Shown here: positions 1 through 12,436 of the stretch, piece by piece | Numbering within the stretch: position 1 is the stretch's first letter | Layout: every line of letters starts with the position of its first letter | Assembly (NCBI GenBank): GCA_000004695.1 | Contig: CM000152.2 | Location: 5,120,001-5,184,000, forward strand | Source: Dictyostelium discoideum | Lineage: Eukaryota | Direction of reading: 5' to 3' | DNA: 64,000 nt | Made by a program: the position numbers and the translations under genes | Notes under the pieces: generated by a model | Database searches by the model: none | Told to the model about the DNA's origin: nothing | The model's input: only the letters and a program-made list of their open reading frames with translations

Positions 1-602
1 TTATACTATTATTAATGATATTGTAGTTTAAGTATTAATTTTATGTGTGATGACACTTTTATTTGAAAATTTTTTTTTTTTTTTTTTTTTAATAAAAAAA
101 ACAAAATTAAAAAAAATTAAAACAAATTGATAAAAAAAAAAAAAATTTTAAAAAAAAAAAAAATTTTAAAAAAAAAATTAGAAATTAAGATTTATTGTAA
201 TTCAAATCCGACCACCCTTATCATTCAAATGTCTAGAAAGTAATTTTTTTCTTTATTTTTTTTTTGTGCTCTTAATTTTTTATTTAATTTCATTCAATAT
301 TAATTTAATGATTAAATCATTTTGATTAGTTTTTTTTTTTTTTTTAATTTTTAATTATTAAATTTTTTAATTTTTTAAATTTAGTGCTTTTTATTTGAAT
401 TGGTATCACCATATTTGGTGCAATCAAAAGTTTTTTTTTTTTTTTATGATTTAATTACATTTTTTTTAATTTTGGATTTAAAATTAAAAAAAAAAAAAAT
501 AAAAAAATAAAAAAATAATTGATAAAATAACCACAACCCACAGAATTTTCTTGTGATATGACAGTAAAAAATAATTTACATTTTTATTAATTTTTATTTG
601 TT

Positions 603-641
<39 letters not shown>

Positions 642-1102
642 CCTAAGGATATACTTATTTTAAACCAATCCATTTCATTTTGTTTTTTTTTTTTTTTGTT
701 CAATCTAAAAAAAAATTGATATTTTTAAAAATAAATCTTAACTTTAGAGTTAATGCCAGTTTTTTAAAAAACCATAAACTTTCAAAAATTAAAAAAAACA
801 AACAGTTTATTTTTTTATTTTATTTTTTTAAAAAAAAAATATATATAAATATAAATTTTATAATAATTATTAATTATTTCATTATATTTAAAATAAAAAT
901 TTGTTATAATTACTATTGTAAAATTATTTATAAAAAAAAATATTACTCTTTCTTTGTATTATTACTTAATTTATTTATTTATTTAAAAATTATTTATTAT
1001 TGTAATATTATTATTATTTCCAAAAAAAAAAATAATAAAAAAAATAAAAAAATAAAATAAAAAAAAAAAAAAAAAAATAAAGAAAAAAAAATAAAAAATA
1101 GA

Positions 1103-2056
1103 ATGGAAAATATTAAAACTATTAAAGAATATATTGAAATTGGTAAAGATAGAAGTGGTAATAATTCACCAATATTTAAATTATATTATGAAAGTTATGG
1201 TGAAATTGAAGCACCAATTAAAATTATATTCATTGCAGGATTTATGTCAAGTGGGAAGAACGATTATTATAAACAAGTGGAATATTTTATGAAACAAGAA
1301 CTTGTTAATAAATGCTACCAAATTGTTATATTTGATAACCGTGGTTCTGGCAACTCTGGCACTCCCAATAAATTTTCAACATTCGATATGGCATTGGATA
1401 TGATAGAATTAATGGACCATTTAGGATGGGACTCTGCACATGTCATCGGTGCGTCCATGGGCGGCATGATTGCGTTGGAATTGGCAACGGTTATACCCCC
1501 ACAAAGAATTCGCTCACTTACATTAGCAGTAACCCACGCAGGCCATACAATTACACCCATCAAAGGTACAAAAGCAGTAACAAAATCAATTTTCACATCT
1601 GATCCAATTAAAAAATCACAAATTACAATTGATTCGTTATATTCCAAAGAGTATTTATCGAAATTGTCCATCGAAGACCCAAGTAGGTCAAATAAAGATG
1701 TTTTGACAGACATTTTCGTCGACAGATTAAAAACCTCAAAAAAACCATCACTAAATGCAATTATGGGTCATTTTAAATCAGTGTTAACTCATTACATATC
1801 TGAAACTAAATTAAAGTATATTAGTAATCAAGAATTTCCAATACAAATAATCACTGGAACAAATGATCATTTAGTTGATCCAAAGAATTCGTTTTATTTG
1901 AAATCCAAATTAAATCCTTGTGAATTTACAGTTTTTCAAGGTTGTGGTCATGCTGTAAATACTGAAAGATTAAATGATTTTAATAATTTAATTCAATCCC
2001 ATATAAATCGTTTTATACCTGATCATAATATTTTAAATCAATATTTAAAAAAATAA
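1103..2056 (+). CDS. alpha/beta-hydrolase fold protein (esterase/lipase-like), single exon, 317 aa
   Basis: ORF-track ORF. The nucleophile-elbow motif G-x-S-x-G is present (HVIGASMGGMIALELA), with a C-terminal GCGH catalytic-His region. There is an HGG-like oxyanion region upstream (IFIAGFMSSG). A paralogue lies at 32552-33667. Confidence 0.8.
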   Translation: MENIKTIKEYIEIGKDRSGNNSPIFKLYYESYGEIEAPIKIIFIAGFMSSGKNDYYKQVEYFMKQELVNKCYQIVIFDNRGSGNSGTPNKFSTFDMALDMIELMDHLGWDSAHVIGASMGGMIALELATVIPPQRIRSLTLAVTHAGHTITPIKGTKAVTKSIFTSDPIKKSQITIDSLYSKEYLSKLSIEDPSRSNKDVLTDIFVDRLKTSKKPSLNAIMGHFKSVLTHYISETKLKYISNQEFPIQIITGTNDHLVDPKNSFYLKSKLNPCEFTVFQGCGHAVNTERLNDFNNLIQSHINRFIPDHNILNQYLKK

Positions 2057-2666
2057 AAATAATTTATCAGTAATGAATTTTTTTTTAAACTCTGTTTTAT
2101 TTTTCATTTTTTTTTAGAAATTCAGCTTTAAAATTTAAAACCATATATTAGAAAATTTTCAATTTTATATGGAAAAAAAAAAATAACTTTGAGAAAATAA
2201 AATTATATGATACATGATAACCCATCCATCCAGGTGGTGACCATTTATGCACATATCTCCCCATTCAATGTCAACCAACTTGTAAATTTCAAACGAGATA
2301 TGAATGCCAATGTGGTATACCTATAAATCCTAATTGTTTTCAAATTTATCATAAAGTACCTTGAAAAAAAAAAAAATGAAATAAAAAAAAAAAATAAAAA
2401 TTATTGGTTTTTCTGTCAGAAAATGAAAAAAAAATAAATTAAAAATAAAATTTTAAAACACTATGAGATTGTTTTTATTTTTTTTATTTTTTTTTTTTAT
2501 TTTTTATTGTAATGGTTGTTTTATAATAATTTTATTTTATTTCATATCACTTCTCATTTTTATTTTTTTTTTTTTTTTTTCTAATTTTTTATTTCTTTTT
2601 TTTTTTTTTTGTTTTTTTTTTTGAAAAAAAAAAAAAAAAAAAAAATATTTATTTGTCATCAAAATT

Positions 2667-3845
2667 ATGGAAGAGAAATTATTTGTTAGGTTACCCGCAT
2701 GGTTTTCAAATGATGTATCAAATGAATTTAGGACACTTTGGTGTATGTATTTTTACAAATTTATTTTTAAATAAAATTAATAAATTACTAATTTTTTATA
2801 TTTAATATATTAATGACATTATCAGCTGATAATGGTGGTATTGAAACAATTAGTGCAAGTTCAGCATATTTTATGTTTATAGAATACCCAGGATCAAAAG
2901 AAGCATATGAGCAAATTATAGATAAGGATCATCAATATATTGGATTATCATGTATATATGCTAATTGGATTAAAGATAGTATTAAACATGGTAGAATGTT
3001 ACCATGTAGTAATTATACAGCCGATAAAGAGGATATTGAACATATATATAAAGATCAATATATACAATCATGTCAACAATACTATGAAGAACAAGAAAGA
3101 GAATATAAAAGAAATAAAAAAGAAGAGGAATCAAAACTTTATCAATCATTATATACTGGTGCTACATCATTTAAAGTGCCTAGAAATATTAAACAAAATT
3201 ATATAAATCCAAATTCTACAAGTTTAGTTGACTTGAAAGATTTTATGAATGTTTTAGATTTAGCTTCTTCATTTAATAATAATAATAATAATAATAAAAA
3301 TAAATCAGTTTATAATTCAATAGATTTAAATCGTGAATGTGTAAATTTTATACCACCAGATACTAGTCCTAATGTTAATAGTAGGCTTAATGGAAGTAAT
3401 ATTGTAACAAGATCAAGTAAACAAACTACATTAGATTTTTTCCTATCACCAACAAATAAAAAAACAATTTCAACTACTAGTAATATAAATGATGATGAAA
3501 ATAGAAATTATAAAAATAAAAACAACAATAATAATAAAAATATTAGTGTTATTGATGATATTTCAGGTGAAGATGATGAAAATATATGGATTGATAATAA
3601 TGGTAAAAGTAGTAGTACTACAACATCAAAAATAAAAAATAATTCATTTTATGAAAAACAATGGAATTTAGATCCCACTCCTTCTAAACCGATATCTAGT
3701 GGAATAATTAAACCTGCACCACCAAAAATGAAACCTCAAAATGATTTACCTGAAAGTGCTGAGGATGAGTTTTCCGATCCAGAAAAAACTCAACTTGGAT
3801 CAAATATACCTGTTTCACCGATTGCTGCTTATAAAAGATCAGCTT

Positions 3846-3894
<49 letters not shown>

Positions 3895-3952
3895 TATAAA
3901 TAATAATGATAATAATAATGATAATAATAATAATGATAATAATGATAATAAC

Positions 3953-4050
<98 letters not shown>

Positions 4051-4147
4051 TAATAGTGATAATAATAATAATAATATAAATAATAATAATAATATAAATA
4101 ATATAAATAATAATAATAATAATAAAGAAATTGTTATTTTGGATTAA
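2667..4147 (+). CDS. BRCT-domain protein with long poly-Asn tail; 2 exons (2667-2742, 2826-4147)
   Basis: Exon 1 is MEEKLFVRLPAWFSNDVSNEFRTLW, ending at a GTATGT donor at 2743. The acceptor is ..atcag|ct at 2826, phase 1, in frame with the ORF-track ORF 2813-4147. The joined N-terminus has a BRCT-like signature (LW..GG...YFMF...W..S...G.LLP...Y). The rest is low-complexity Asn/Asp-rich sequence typical of Dictyostelium. Confidence 0.55.
3843..4130 (+). repeat. (AAT)n/(GAT)n microsatellite encoding poly-Asn/Asp within the BRCT gene
   Basis: Nearly pure aat trinucleotide run visible in the sequence. The antisense reading gives the poly-Ile artefact ORF 3839-4150. Confidence 0.9.
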
Positions 4148-4820
4148 CATCTTTATGTAAAATTTGTTAGAACAATTTAATAATTTAATGTATAGTAACT
4201 TTTTATTTTTTTTAATTTTTATTTTTCCAACCTTGTGATTTGGGGATTCCTCCCGATAACTTTGATTTTTCCAAATTTTTTTTTTTTTTTTTTTTTTTTT
4301 TCACTCCGTTTCTTTTTTTCTTGACTTTTTGTAAATTAAGAAAAGAACATCAAAAAGTCACTTTTATACCTCCATTACACAAAAAATCCACTTTAAAACG
4401 GAGTGATGTATCCATTACATATTATTATTATTAAAAGTTAATTTTCTGAGGAAGCTGCATAGAAAATAAATAAAAAAAAAGAGGTGAACAACCAACCAGC
4501 ACCACATAAAATTACTTTTCACCACTTCATTGATTGAATTTTTATATTTTGCACTCCTCTTTTTTTTTATTTATTTTTTATTTTCTGTTCGGCCAACCAA
4601 ATTTAAATTTTCAATCAAAAAAAAAAAAAAAAATTATATAAATAAAAATAAAAAAAAAAAATTGTTTAAAAAAATAAAAAAAAAAAAATAATTAATATTA
4701 ATAATCATTAAAAATTAATTTTTTACAAATAAATATATATATTAGTCATTAATATTATTTTTTTTTATTAATTTTTAATTTTTTTTTTTTTTTCAAAATA
4801 AATAAATAAAAAAAAAAAAA

Positions 4821-5936
4821 ATGTCAACATCAAAAGAAGTTTTTAATAATTCAAGTGATTGCCAAAATGAATATGATTTATTATTTAATAAATATAATAA
4901 TTTATTATTGGGATTAAACAATGGAAGTGGGAGCGGTAGTAGTGATGAATGTTCAAGAGACTCAAATATTGAATACACAAGACCACTTCATATTGGTGCA
5001 ATTTTTATAATTCTAGTTGCTTCTTTTATTGGAACTGGTTTACCAATTTTGGCAACAAATATTAAAAAATTCCAAATTCCAAATTATTTAATTATTTTTG
5101 GAAAATCAATTGGTATTGGTGTAATATTAGCATGTTCTTTAATTCATATGTTACAACCAGCAGTTGAATCTTTATCATCACCATGTTTACCAGAGTCGTT
5201 TACAGAGGATTATGAAGCGTATCCATATCTATTTGCATTATTAGCTGGCATTGTTATGCATTTTTTTGACTTTTCATTTTTATCATATATTATTTATAAA
5301 AATAATAAAAAACTAAAAAATTCAAATGATAAAATTTCAACATCTTCTTCAAATGGGTTAACACAAAGTGGTAATGAATTAACAAATTCTTGTAGTGGAG
5401 GCGGTCATTTACATGGTGGATTAATATTAATGAATTCAGAATCTTTAAAAACAATTGAAGCTTATTTATTAGAGTTTGGTATAACTATGCATTCAATATT
5501 TATTGGATTAACTGTGGGTGTTGTTGATGATATTGGTTTAAAGTCTTTACTTGTTGCACTTTCATTTCATCAATTTTTTGAAGGTGTTGCTTTAGGTTCA
5601 AGAATTTCAGATGCAAACTTAACTTCCCATTGGCATGAAGCACTATTAGCTAGCATTTTTTCATTTTCTGCCCCAGTTGGAATCGCTATTGGTATTGGCG
5701 TTGTTTCATCAATAAATGTAAATGGAGAAACTTTCTTATTCGTTCAAGGTATTTTCGATGCTGTTTGTTCTGGAATTCTTTTATACATTGGATTTAATTT
5801 GTTATTTAAAGATTTTCCTGAGGATATGGAGAAAACTTGTAATGGTAAAAAACATCAATTCATTTTAAAAATGGGTCTTTTCTTTGCTATTTGGTTAGGT
5901 GCTGGATTAATGAGTTTTATTGGTAAATATTTATAA
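4821..5936 (+). CDS. ZIP (Zrt/Irt-like) zinc/iron transporter, 371 aa
   Basis: The two signature ZIP metal-binding TM motifs are present: HSIFIGLTVGV (TM4) and HQFFEGVALGS (TM5). There are about 8 predicted TM helices and a His/Gly-rich variable cytosolic loop (GGGHLHGG). Confidence 0.85.
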   Translation: MSTSKEVFNNSSDCQNEYDLLFNKYNNLLLGLNNGSGSGSSDECSRDSNIEYTRPLHIGAIFIILVASFIGTGLPILATNIKKFQIPNYLIIFGKSIGIGVILACSLIHMLQPAVESLSSPCLPESFTEDYEAYPYLFALLAGIVMHFFDFSFLSYIIYKNNKKLKNSNDKISTSSSNGLTQSGNELTNSCSGGGHLHGGLILMNSESLKTIEAYLLEFGITMHSIFIGLTVGVVDDIGLKSLLVALSFHQFFEGVALGSRISDANLTSHWHEALLASIFSFSAPVGIAIGIGVVSSINVNGETFLFVQGIFDAVCSGILLYIGFNLLFKDFPEDMEKTCNGKKHQFILKMGLFFAIWLGAGLMSFIGKYL

Positions 5937-6145
5937 ACTATTATAAATAAATAAAAAAATTAAGGTTTTAAAAATTATAAATAATGCCAAATCATTGTTT
6001 TTGTTATTTTATTTATTATTATTATTATTATAATCATATATCTCTGCAAAATTGAGTTTGACATTTTAATCCAATTGACAAGCCTTATTTTTAAGTAATA
6101 TCAGACATCGAACCTACGATCTATATTTTTAGGATTCTAAAAATT

Positions 6146-6218
6146 CACCCATTGTGGGTCTCGATCCCACGACCTGCAGCTTAGAAGGCTGCCGCAATTC
6201 CAACTTTGCTAAACGGGC
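6146..6218 (-). tRNA. tRNA-Arg (anticodon UCU)
   Basis: Minus-strand sequence GCCCGTT-TA-GCAA-AGTTGGAA-TTGC-G-GCAGC-CTTCTAA-GCTGC-AGGTC-GTGGG-ATCGAGA-CCCAC-AATGGGT-G. It folds as a 73-nt cloverleaf. The acceptor stem is 7 bp (2 G.U). The A-box is TAGCAAAGTTGG. The anticodon stem is 5 bp with loop CT-TCT-AA. The B-box-like segment is GGGATCGAGACCC. Not run through tRNAscan. Confidence 0.6.
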
Positions 6219-6417
6219 TTTGATGAAATTATTGTTTATAATACTAAAAATTATTATAATTTATTTAAAAAAAATTTTAAACAATTATTATTGGGGTTAT
6301 AAAATTGTGTATAAAAGACTTTAAAAAAAATAAAGAAAATGATTCAATGTACACTTAAATATAATTAAATAATAAATATAATAAACATTTAATAAATATT
6401 AAATAACATTTTAAAAA

Positions 6418-9400
6418 TTAATTAAATTTATTTAATTTATTTAAAATTAAATCCTCAACGATTTCATCATTTGGTTTAAATTTGAAGTTATTGATCCAAG
6501 TATCCCTTGGGTCTCTATAAACAATGATATTTGGTTCATGTTTATGAGTAATATTACCTAAAGTTGCTGAATGTATAAGGTTTTTACATTGTAAGGATTC
6601 ACAATAATTAGAAATGGATGATGGACATTTATTACAATGATATTTTAAATTCTCACCACAACCACATTTTTCATCATCGGTAACTACTGTGACTTGATCT
6701 TTTATATTTTCTTGTTGTTGATTATTAGTTACTTTTTCCTCCTCTTTTTTAATTGATGGTGGTTTAATTAATTTATTTTGGTGTGAAGTTATTAAAAATT
6801 CATTAAATTTAAATAATAAATATTTATAATATTTTAAAATTAAATATAATAAAATTAAAAATAGTATAAAAGAGATTGGTACTAAAGTTGAAATTAATAA
6901 AATTTTATCATTTTTTTCATTTGAATAAATTGTCGTTTGATTATTTAAATATTTACTATCAAAAGGTAATTGAATATATTGAATTACTGATTTACCATAT
7001 GGATTCCAACATTTTTCTAAATTTACAATTGATGATACTTTACACATAATCATTTCATTATCCTTAATAGATTTTAGATTTGATGGGTAAGGTGATTTAT
7101 CTGATACTATAATTTTAAATTTAAAATTATAATAACGTCCTGCTGGTATATATGAAACAATTTCATCATTCTCTATTGAAATAAATTGTTTTATAGTACC
7201 ATTACCATTATCACATGCTAATCTAAATATAACTACACCACCAGCATCTCCCATATTATAAATATAACCTGTTAAATTTATGGAATAAAATTGATGTTGA
7301 TTTAATGAATTTTCATTAAAACTAAAATTATAGTTTTCTAGTGTATCTGTTGTTAATTTATACCAATTTGAAAATTTTAAATTTAATACATTATTAGAAT
7401 TTTGATAATAATTTAAATTTCCAATAATATATTGATTTGGATAAATTAATGAAACTTGAGGTGGAGTTGTATAAATTGGTGTTGATAAATTGGTTGACAA
7501 TAAAGGATCCCATCCACATGGTAAAGTTGGTAATTTAGAAACTATTAAAATTTCAATTGTTTTATTAATTGTTGACCAACATAATTTTGGTAAAACTAAA
7601 AATTGAATTTTAATTTCTAAATCATTAAAATTTAATAAAGAAGAGGATGAAAAGGATGAAGAAAATTTATTTGGTAAAAAACCAAATAAAAATGTAAAAG
7701 TCCAATATGAATTTGATTGAATTTCACATTCAATAATTGATTCATTTAATATTAAAATTACAGATGGATTATTAATTTGAACTAATGATTTAACTAATCC
7801 ATTACCATTTCCATTATTCTTAATCATAATATTTTTGAAAGAATAATAAATTAAATTATTTGATGTTGAATTATTCATTCCATATAAAAAATAATCAAAA
7901 TATTCATTAATAATTGTTTTTAAACCCCAATCTGATGAATAAATATATTCAATTTGATTATTTGTAGTTGTTGTTAAAAATACTTCATCAAATGTATTAG
8001 TAATACAAGGATCAATAAATTTAAATAATTTAAATGAACTTTTAATTGATTTACCAGAATTTGTCCAACAACTTTGAATTGGTTCTTCAGAATCTTTAAT
8101 TTCAATTAATAAATTACAATCGATAATATCTAAAAGTTTTTGATCTGGAGTTGTTGGTAAACTTGATATTCTCCAACCAATAAAACAAGATGAATTCTCT
8201 GAAATAAAACAACTTGATTTTTTTGAATCATAAAGTACTGTAGTTGTAAATCCAACATCATTACATGTTAAAGTTGAAATAACATTACCATACCCATATT
8301 CAACATTTTTAACTTGTAATGATAAATCTTGGTAATAATAATTTGGTTCAATAATTGTATTTTCACCTTTATAATAATTCCATTTTCCAATTTTAAAATT
8401 TAAATCTGAAAATTCCAATGTGTTATTGAGTAGTAAATTTGAATCCCAAAAACTTAAAGGTTTAAATAATGATGGTTCTAACCAATTACCAGCACATGGT
8501 AAATAATGTGGATAAACTAAGAATGGATTTTGTAAAAATGATTTACCAAGATCACTTTGACATTCTTGATGATCAGTTTTAATTGATAATTGACATTCGA
8601 CACTATAGGATTTAATATTTGTTGGATAAGAAAATACTTGAAAAATGAATTTTCTAATTTCACCTGATGGAATTGTAATTGTATATGAATCAGCCCAAAC
8701 AAAAACACTATCTGAACAATTACCAATATCAATTGTAAAATCACCAGATTTACCACCACCATTTTTAATTACAATCGATGGAAATTGGTTATATAATGTA
8801 TCAACTGGCCCAAATCTAATACTATTTTTATTTAATGAATTCTCTAAAACTTTTAATGGATGTTTTTTTGGTAATGGATTACTATCCATTGATGGAAACC
8901 ATTGGCTTACACCAAATGAATAATTTGGTATAGCATTACCATTACTATATTCAAATAAACTATATTCAATCAATGGCTCTTTGCCTGTATTATAAATTTG
9001 TACACATTTATCATATGGATATAAAAGATTAAATGAAACTAAATTCTCTTGATCATAATTTAACCAACAAATTGTATTTGGTTTATAAAGTTTAGTTTTA
9101 ATTTTACAAGTTAATTGTATACCATCGATTGGTGATGATTCACCATATAATAAAAATTGAACAATTGAAGTTTTTGATTTTTCCAATCCTTTTGTAATTA
9201 TAAAATTTTCATCATTTATCATAAAGATATTTACATTAGCTGGTGGTTGAATATTTGATTGACAATCTAATGTTGAAATGAAATCACCAGTATTATTACC
9301 AATATTTTTAATTTCAATTTCAATTGTAATTGAATTTAAAAAATTACCTAAATTATTCCAACCACTATATTTAATTATTGGTTGTAAATCTTTTGAAATA

Positions 9401-11888
9401 ATTGGTTCACTATTTATATTTAAACATGGATCTGGTATATTACAACCATTAAAAATTGGTATTTCAACCATTTTTTTAATTGATTTATTAATTGAACTCC
9501 AAATTGGTCTATTTTTAATATCAATCCACATTGAAACATTACATTGAATCATTTTAGATTTATAAAATTTTTCAATACCAACATTTACAAAAAATGAACG
9601 TTTTTGATTTGAATCACCCGGTATAATTTGTGCAAAATTTACAATTTCCAAATAAACATCTTGAATACAATCGATATCAAAATTTACAATTGAACTTTCT
9701 TTACCAAAATTAATAATATCAAATTGAAATTGACCAAAACATTCTTTACCAATTGTTGTACCTGCTATACCAACCCAAGTTAAATTATCTGAATGAATCA
9801 TTGGTTCAAAAAATTCAAATTCACTAAAATAAACTTTAAATAAAGCTTGATTTGAATTAAATTTCATTAATAATTCTGATGAAGTTGAATTAATAATTGT
9901 ACGATCGCCACCACCACCATTACCTTCAATTGATTGACCACCAACATTTATCCAATTTGGTATCATTAAATCTAATGTATATCCACCATCTTGAATATAA
10001 TGTTGAATTTGATTTTTTACATTTGAACCATGTTCTTGATTACAAAATCCAACAGCTTGTTGTTTATACCAATCTGCAACATTTAAACCAATTTGATTCA
10101 TACCATTACCAACACTCGATTTTGGTATAATTAAACCATTTCCATTTAAATCTTTTGAATCTGGTACAAATAAAATACTATTTGCCAATGATTGATATTG
10201 ATTACTTGAAACTGTAAAATCTACAAATACTCCAACCAATAAATCTTTTGTCAAATAATAATCACTTTTACTATTATTATTATTCATTTTAATTTTAATT
10301 GATTCATCATCATCATTTATATTATGTCCAAAATTAATTTGTAAATCTCTATTAATTTTTAAATTTTCTAATTTGAAATTAAAACCTTTATATGGATTTA
10401 AAAATCCTAAACTATGAATAGTTGGTTTACCATGATTAACCGTAAATGAATTTCTTAATGAATTTTGTGGACATTGAAAATAATCTTTATAAAATTCATT
10501 TGCGTTTTCACCAATTAAAATATAAATTTCTTTAATCAAATTATTAGTTGTTGATTTAAATATAAAATTTGATTTATAATTTTCAATTAAAAATTTTGAA
10601 TCAATACTTGACTTTTTTTTTTCCAAACATATTAAAAAAATTAATATATACCCAAAAAAAAAAATATATATTTAAATTAATTATTATTATTATTATTAAC
10701 TTACATTCATATTAAAAATTTTTAAAACATTTTCATCACCATATAAAACTTGATTATAATAACCACTATTATAAAGTGAAATATAATTATCTAAAGTTTT
10801 AAAATCAATTACATTTAAATCTTGATAAGGTGCATTTTGAGGATCAGAAGTTAATTGAACTTCATAGGGTGGTGAATAACTTTTTATATAATCAAGTGGT
10901 ATAGAAACTGAAATATCTTGATTTGTTTGAATTTTAATTTGATAATCTTTAAACTTATATTGAAAACCTTGATATGTTACACTATTTAAAACAGTTGAAA
11001 CAATACCTTTACCAACTGATACTGGTAATACTAAGGAATAATAAAATTTTTGATTAGATCCAGAACAAATTTTACTACTTGATTTTATTGAATCACTTAT
11101 AGTTGAACATAATTCTACTTTTAATGTACTTGGATAAATTTGTGTACTACTTGGATTTTTAAAATTCCATATTGGTTCTACTCTTTTAGAAATTGGACAA
11201 CTTGAAAGGAATGGATTAACCTCTAATTTTGGTGGTGCTACTGAATTACTTGAATAAACATTTATTGATCTAGCTCCAATTAAATATCTATTTTCACTTG
11301 ATAAACCAATATTACTTTGAAAGTATAAACTATTTGAAATTGGTAAATTTATAAATGTTAACCAAATTCTATTACCAACTCCCTTTGTTTTTGATGAATT
11401 TGGTAAATATGTTTTATTTGTAATTTTATCCCAAAAATTCTAAAATATTTTTAAAGTTTATAAAATAATTAATATTTAATTAATATTTTTAAATTAATTA
11501 TTAGATTTAATAAAAATTAAAAAAAAATTATAAAAAAAAAACTAAAATAAAATAAAATAATAATAATAATAATAATTACAAATATAGGTAATCCTGTAAC
11601 ATCTTGATATTTAAAAAATGACAATAATTCTATATCTGATACTGAAGTAGTTTTTGAATAACTAACACCATCAAATATATAAATTGGATTTTGATTAAAT
11701 TCCACCATTAATTCAAATGAATTTGGATTTAAAATAATTGTACCTGATGGTGGCTCAACAATATATGAAAAACATCCTAAATCTAATGATGATTTAACAT
11801 CATTTATTTGTGAATTTACAAATAAATCATTATATTTAAATATTATTGAAATTATTGCCAATACAAAAAAATAAAAATTAATTTTCTG

Positions 11889-11891
<3 letters not shown>
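6418..11891 (-). CDS. large (~1746 aa) type-I membrane glycoprotein with signal peptide, single C-terminal TM helix and Cys-rich cytoplasmic tail; 3 exons (11891-11580, 11439-10705, 10611-6418)
   Basis: Exon 1 begins with signal peptide MQKINFYFFVLAIISIIF and ends at a GTAATT donor (phase 0). Exon 2 is an uninterrupted 245-codon reading frame between acceptor ttttag|AATTTTTGG and donor ATGAAT|GTAAGT. Exon 3 is the ORF-track ORF 6418-10626. That ORF's apparent 'M' is a TTG; the acceptor aaaaaag|TCA is in frame. Near the C-terminus there is a TM helix (LLISTLVPISFILFLILLYLIL) followed by C-G-C-G..YHCNKC..C..C. No family assignment is possible by eye. Confidence 0.6.
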
Positions 11892-11920
<29 letters not shown>

Positions 11921-12436
11921 CAAACCAATCAAAAAAAAAAAAAAAAAAAAAAATCTTTTTTTTGATTTTGTTTTAAAAAAATTAAAAAAGGTTTTTTGAT
12001 TTGGAGAACTCAATTACTGTGTGAAAAAAAAAAAAAAATGGCAATGGGAAAAAAATGATTAGAAAAAAAATAATAATAAATCGTTTTTTTTTAGATATAA
12101 AAAAAAAAAAAAAACAATAAAAATAAATCTCAATTAGATATAAATAATTATAAAGATATTAAATTAATTTTTTAAATTTTTTTTGGCTTTTTTATTTTAT
12201 TTTTTTTTTTGGTTTTGTTTTTTTTTTTTTTTTTGGGTCATGTTTTTTTTTTTTTTGTGGTTTAGATATATTATAAATAAAATTTTTTGAAAGTACTATT
12301 AAAAATATCATTATTACATTATATGTTTAATATGGTTGAAATTATATTGCAGGAAAAAAAAAAAATTTTTTTTTTTTTTTTTTTTTTTAAAAAGGGAATT
12401 ATATATTATATTTTAAAAAATGAGTGATCAAATGAT

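Noticed and set aside
530-545. ACCCACAG motif resembling the Dictyostelium ncRNA upstream element (DUSE)
   Set aside because: It deviates from the [AT]CCCA[CT]AA consensus, and no structured or GC-containing candidate RNA lies ~60 bp downstream.
3839-4150. 103-aa poly-Ile ORF on minus strand (also 34038-34283, 21314-21562, 16775-17092 and similar)
   Set aside because: Antisense or out-of-frame readings of (AAT)n poly-Asn codon repeats inside real genes. They show no protein-like composition.
10626-10626. Apparent Met start of ORF 6418-10626 (and of ORFs at 42662, 40516, 39453, 32996)
   Set aside because: These ORF-track starts are TTG or GTG codons, not ATG. The true genes continue upstream through introns or to an upstream ATG.
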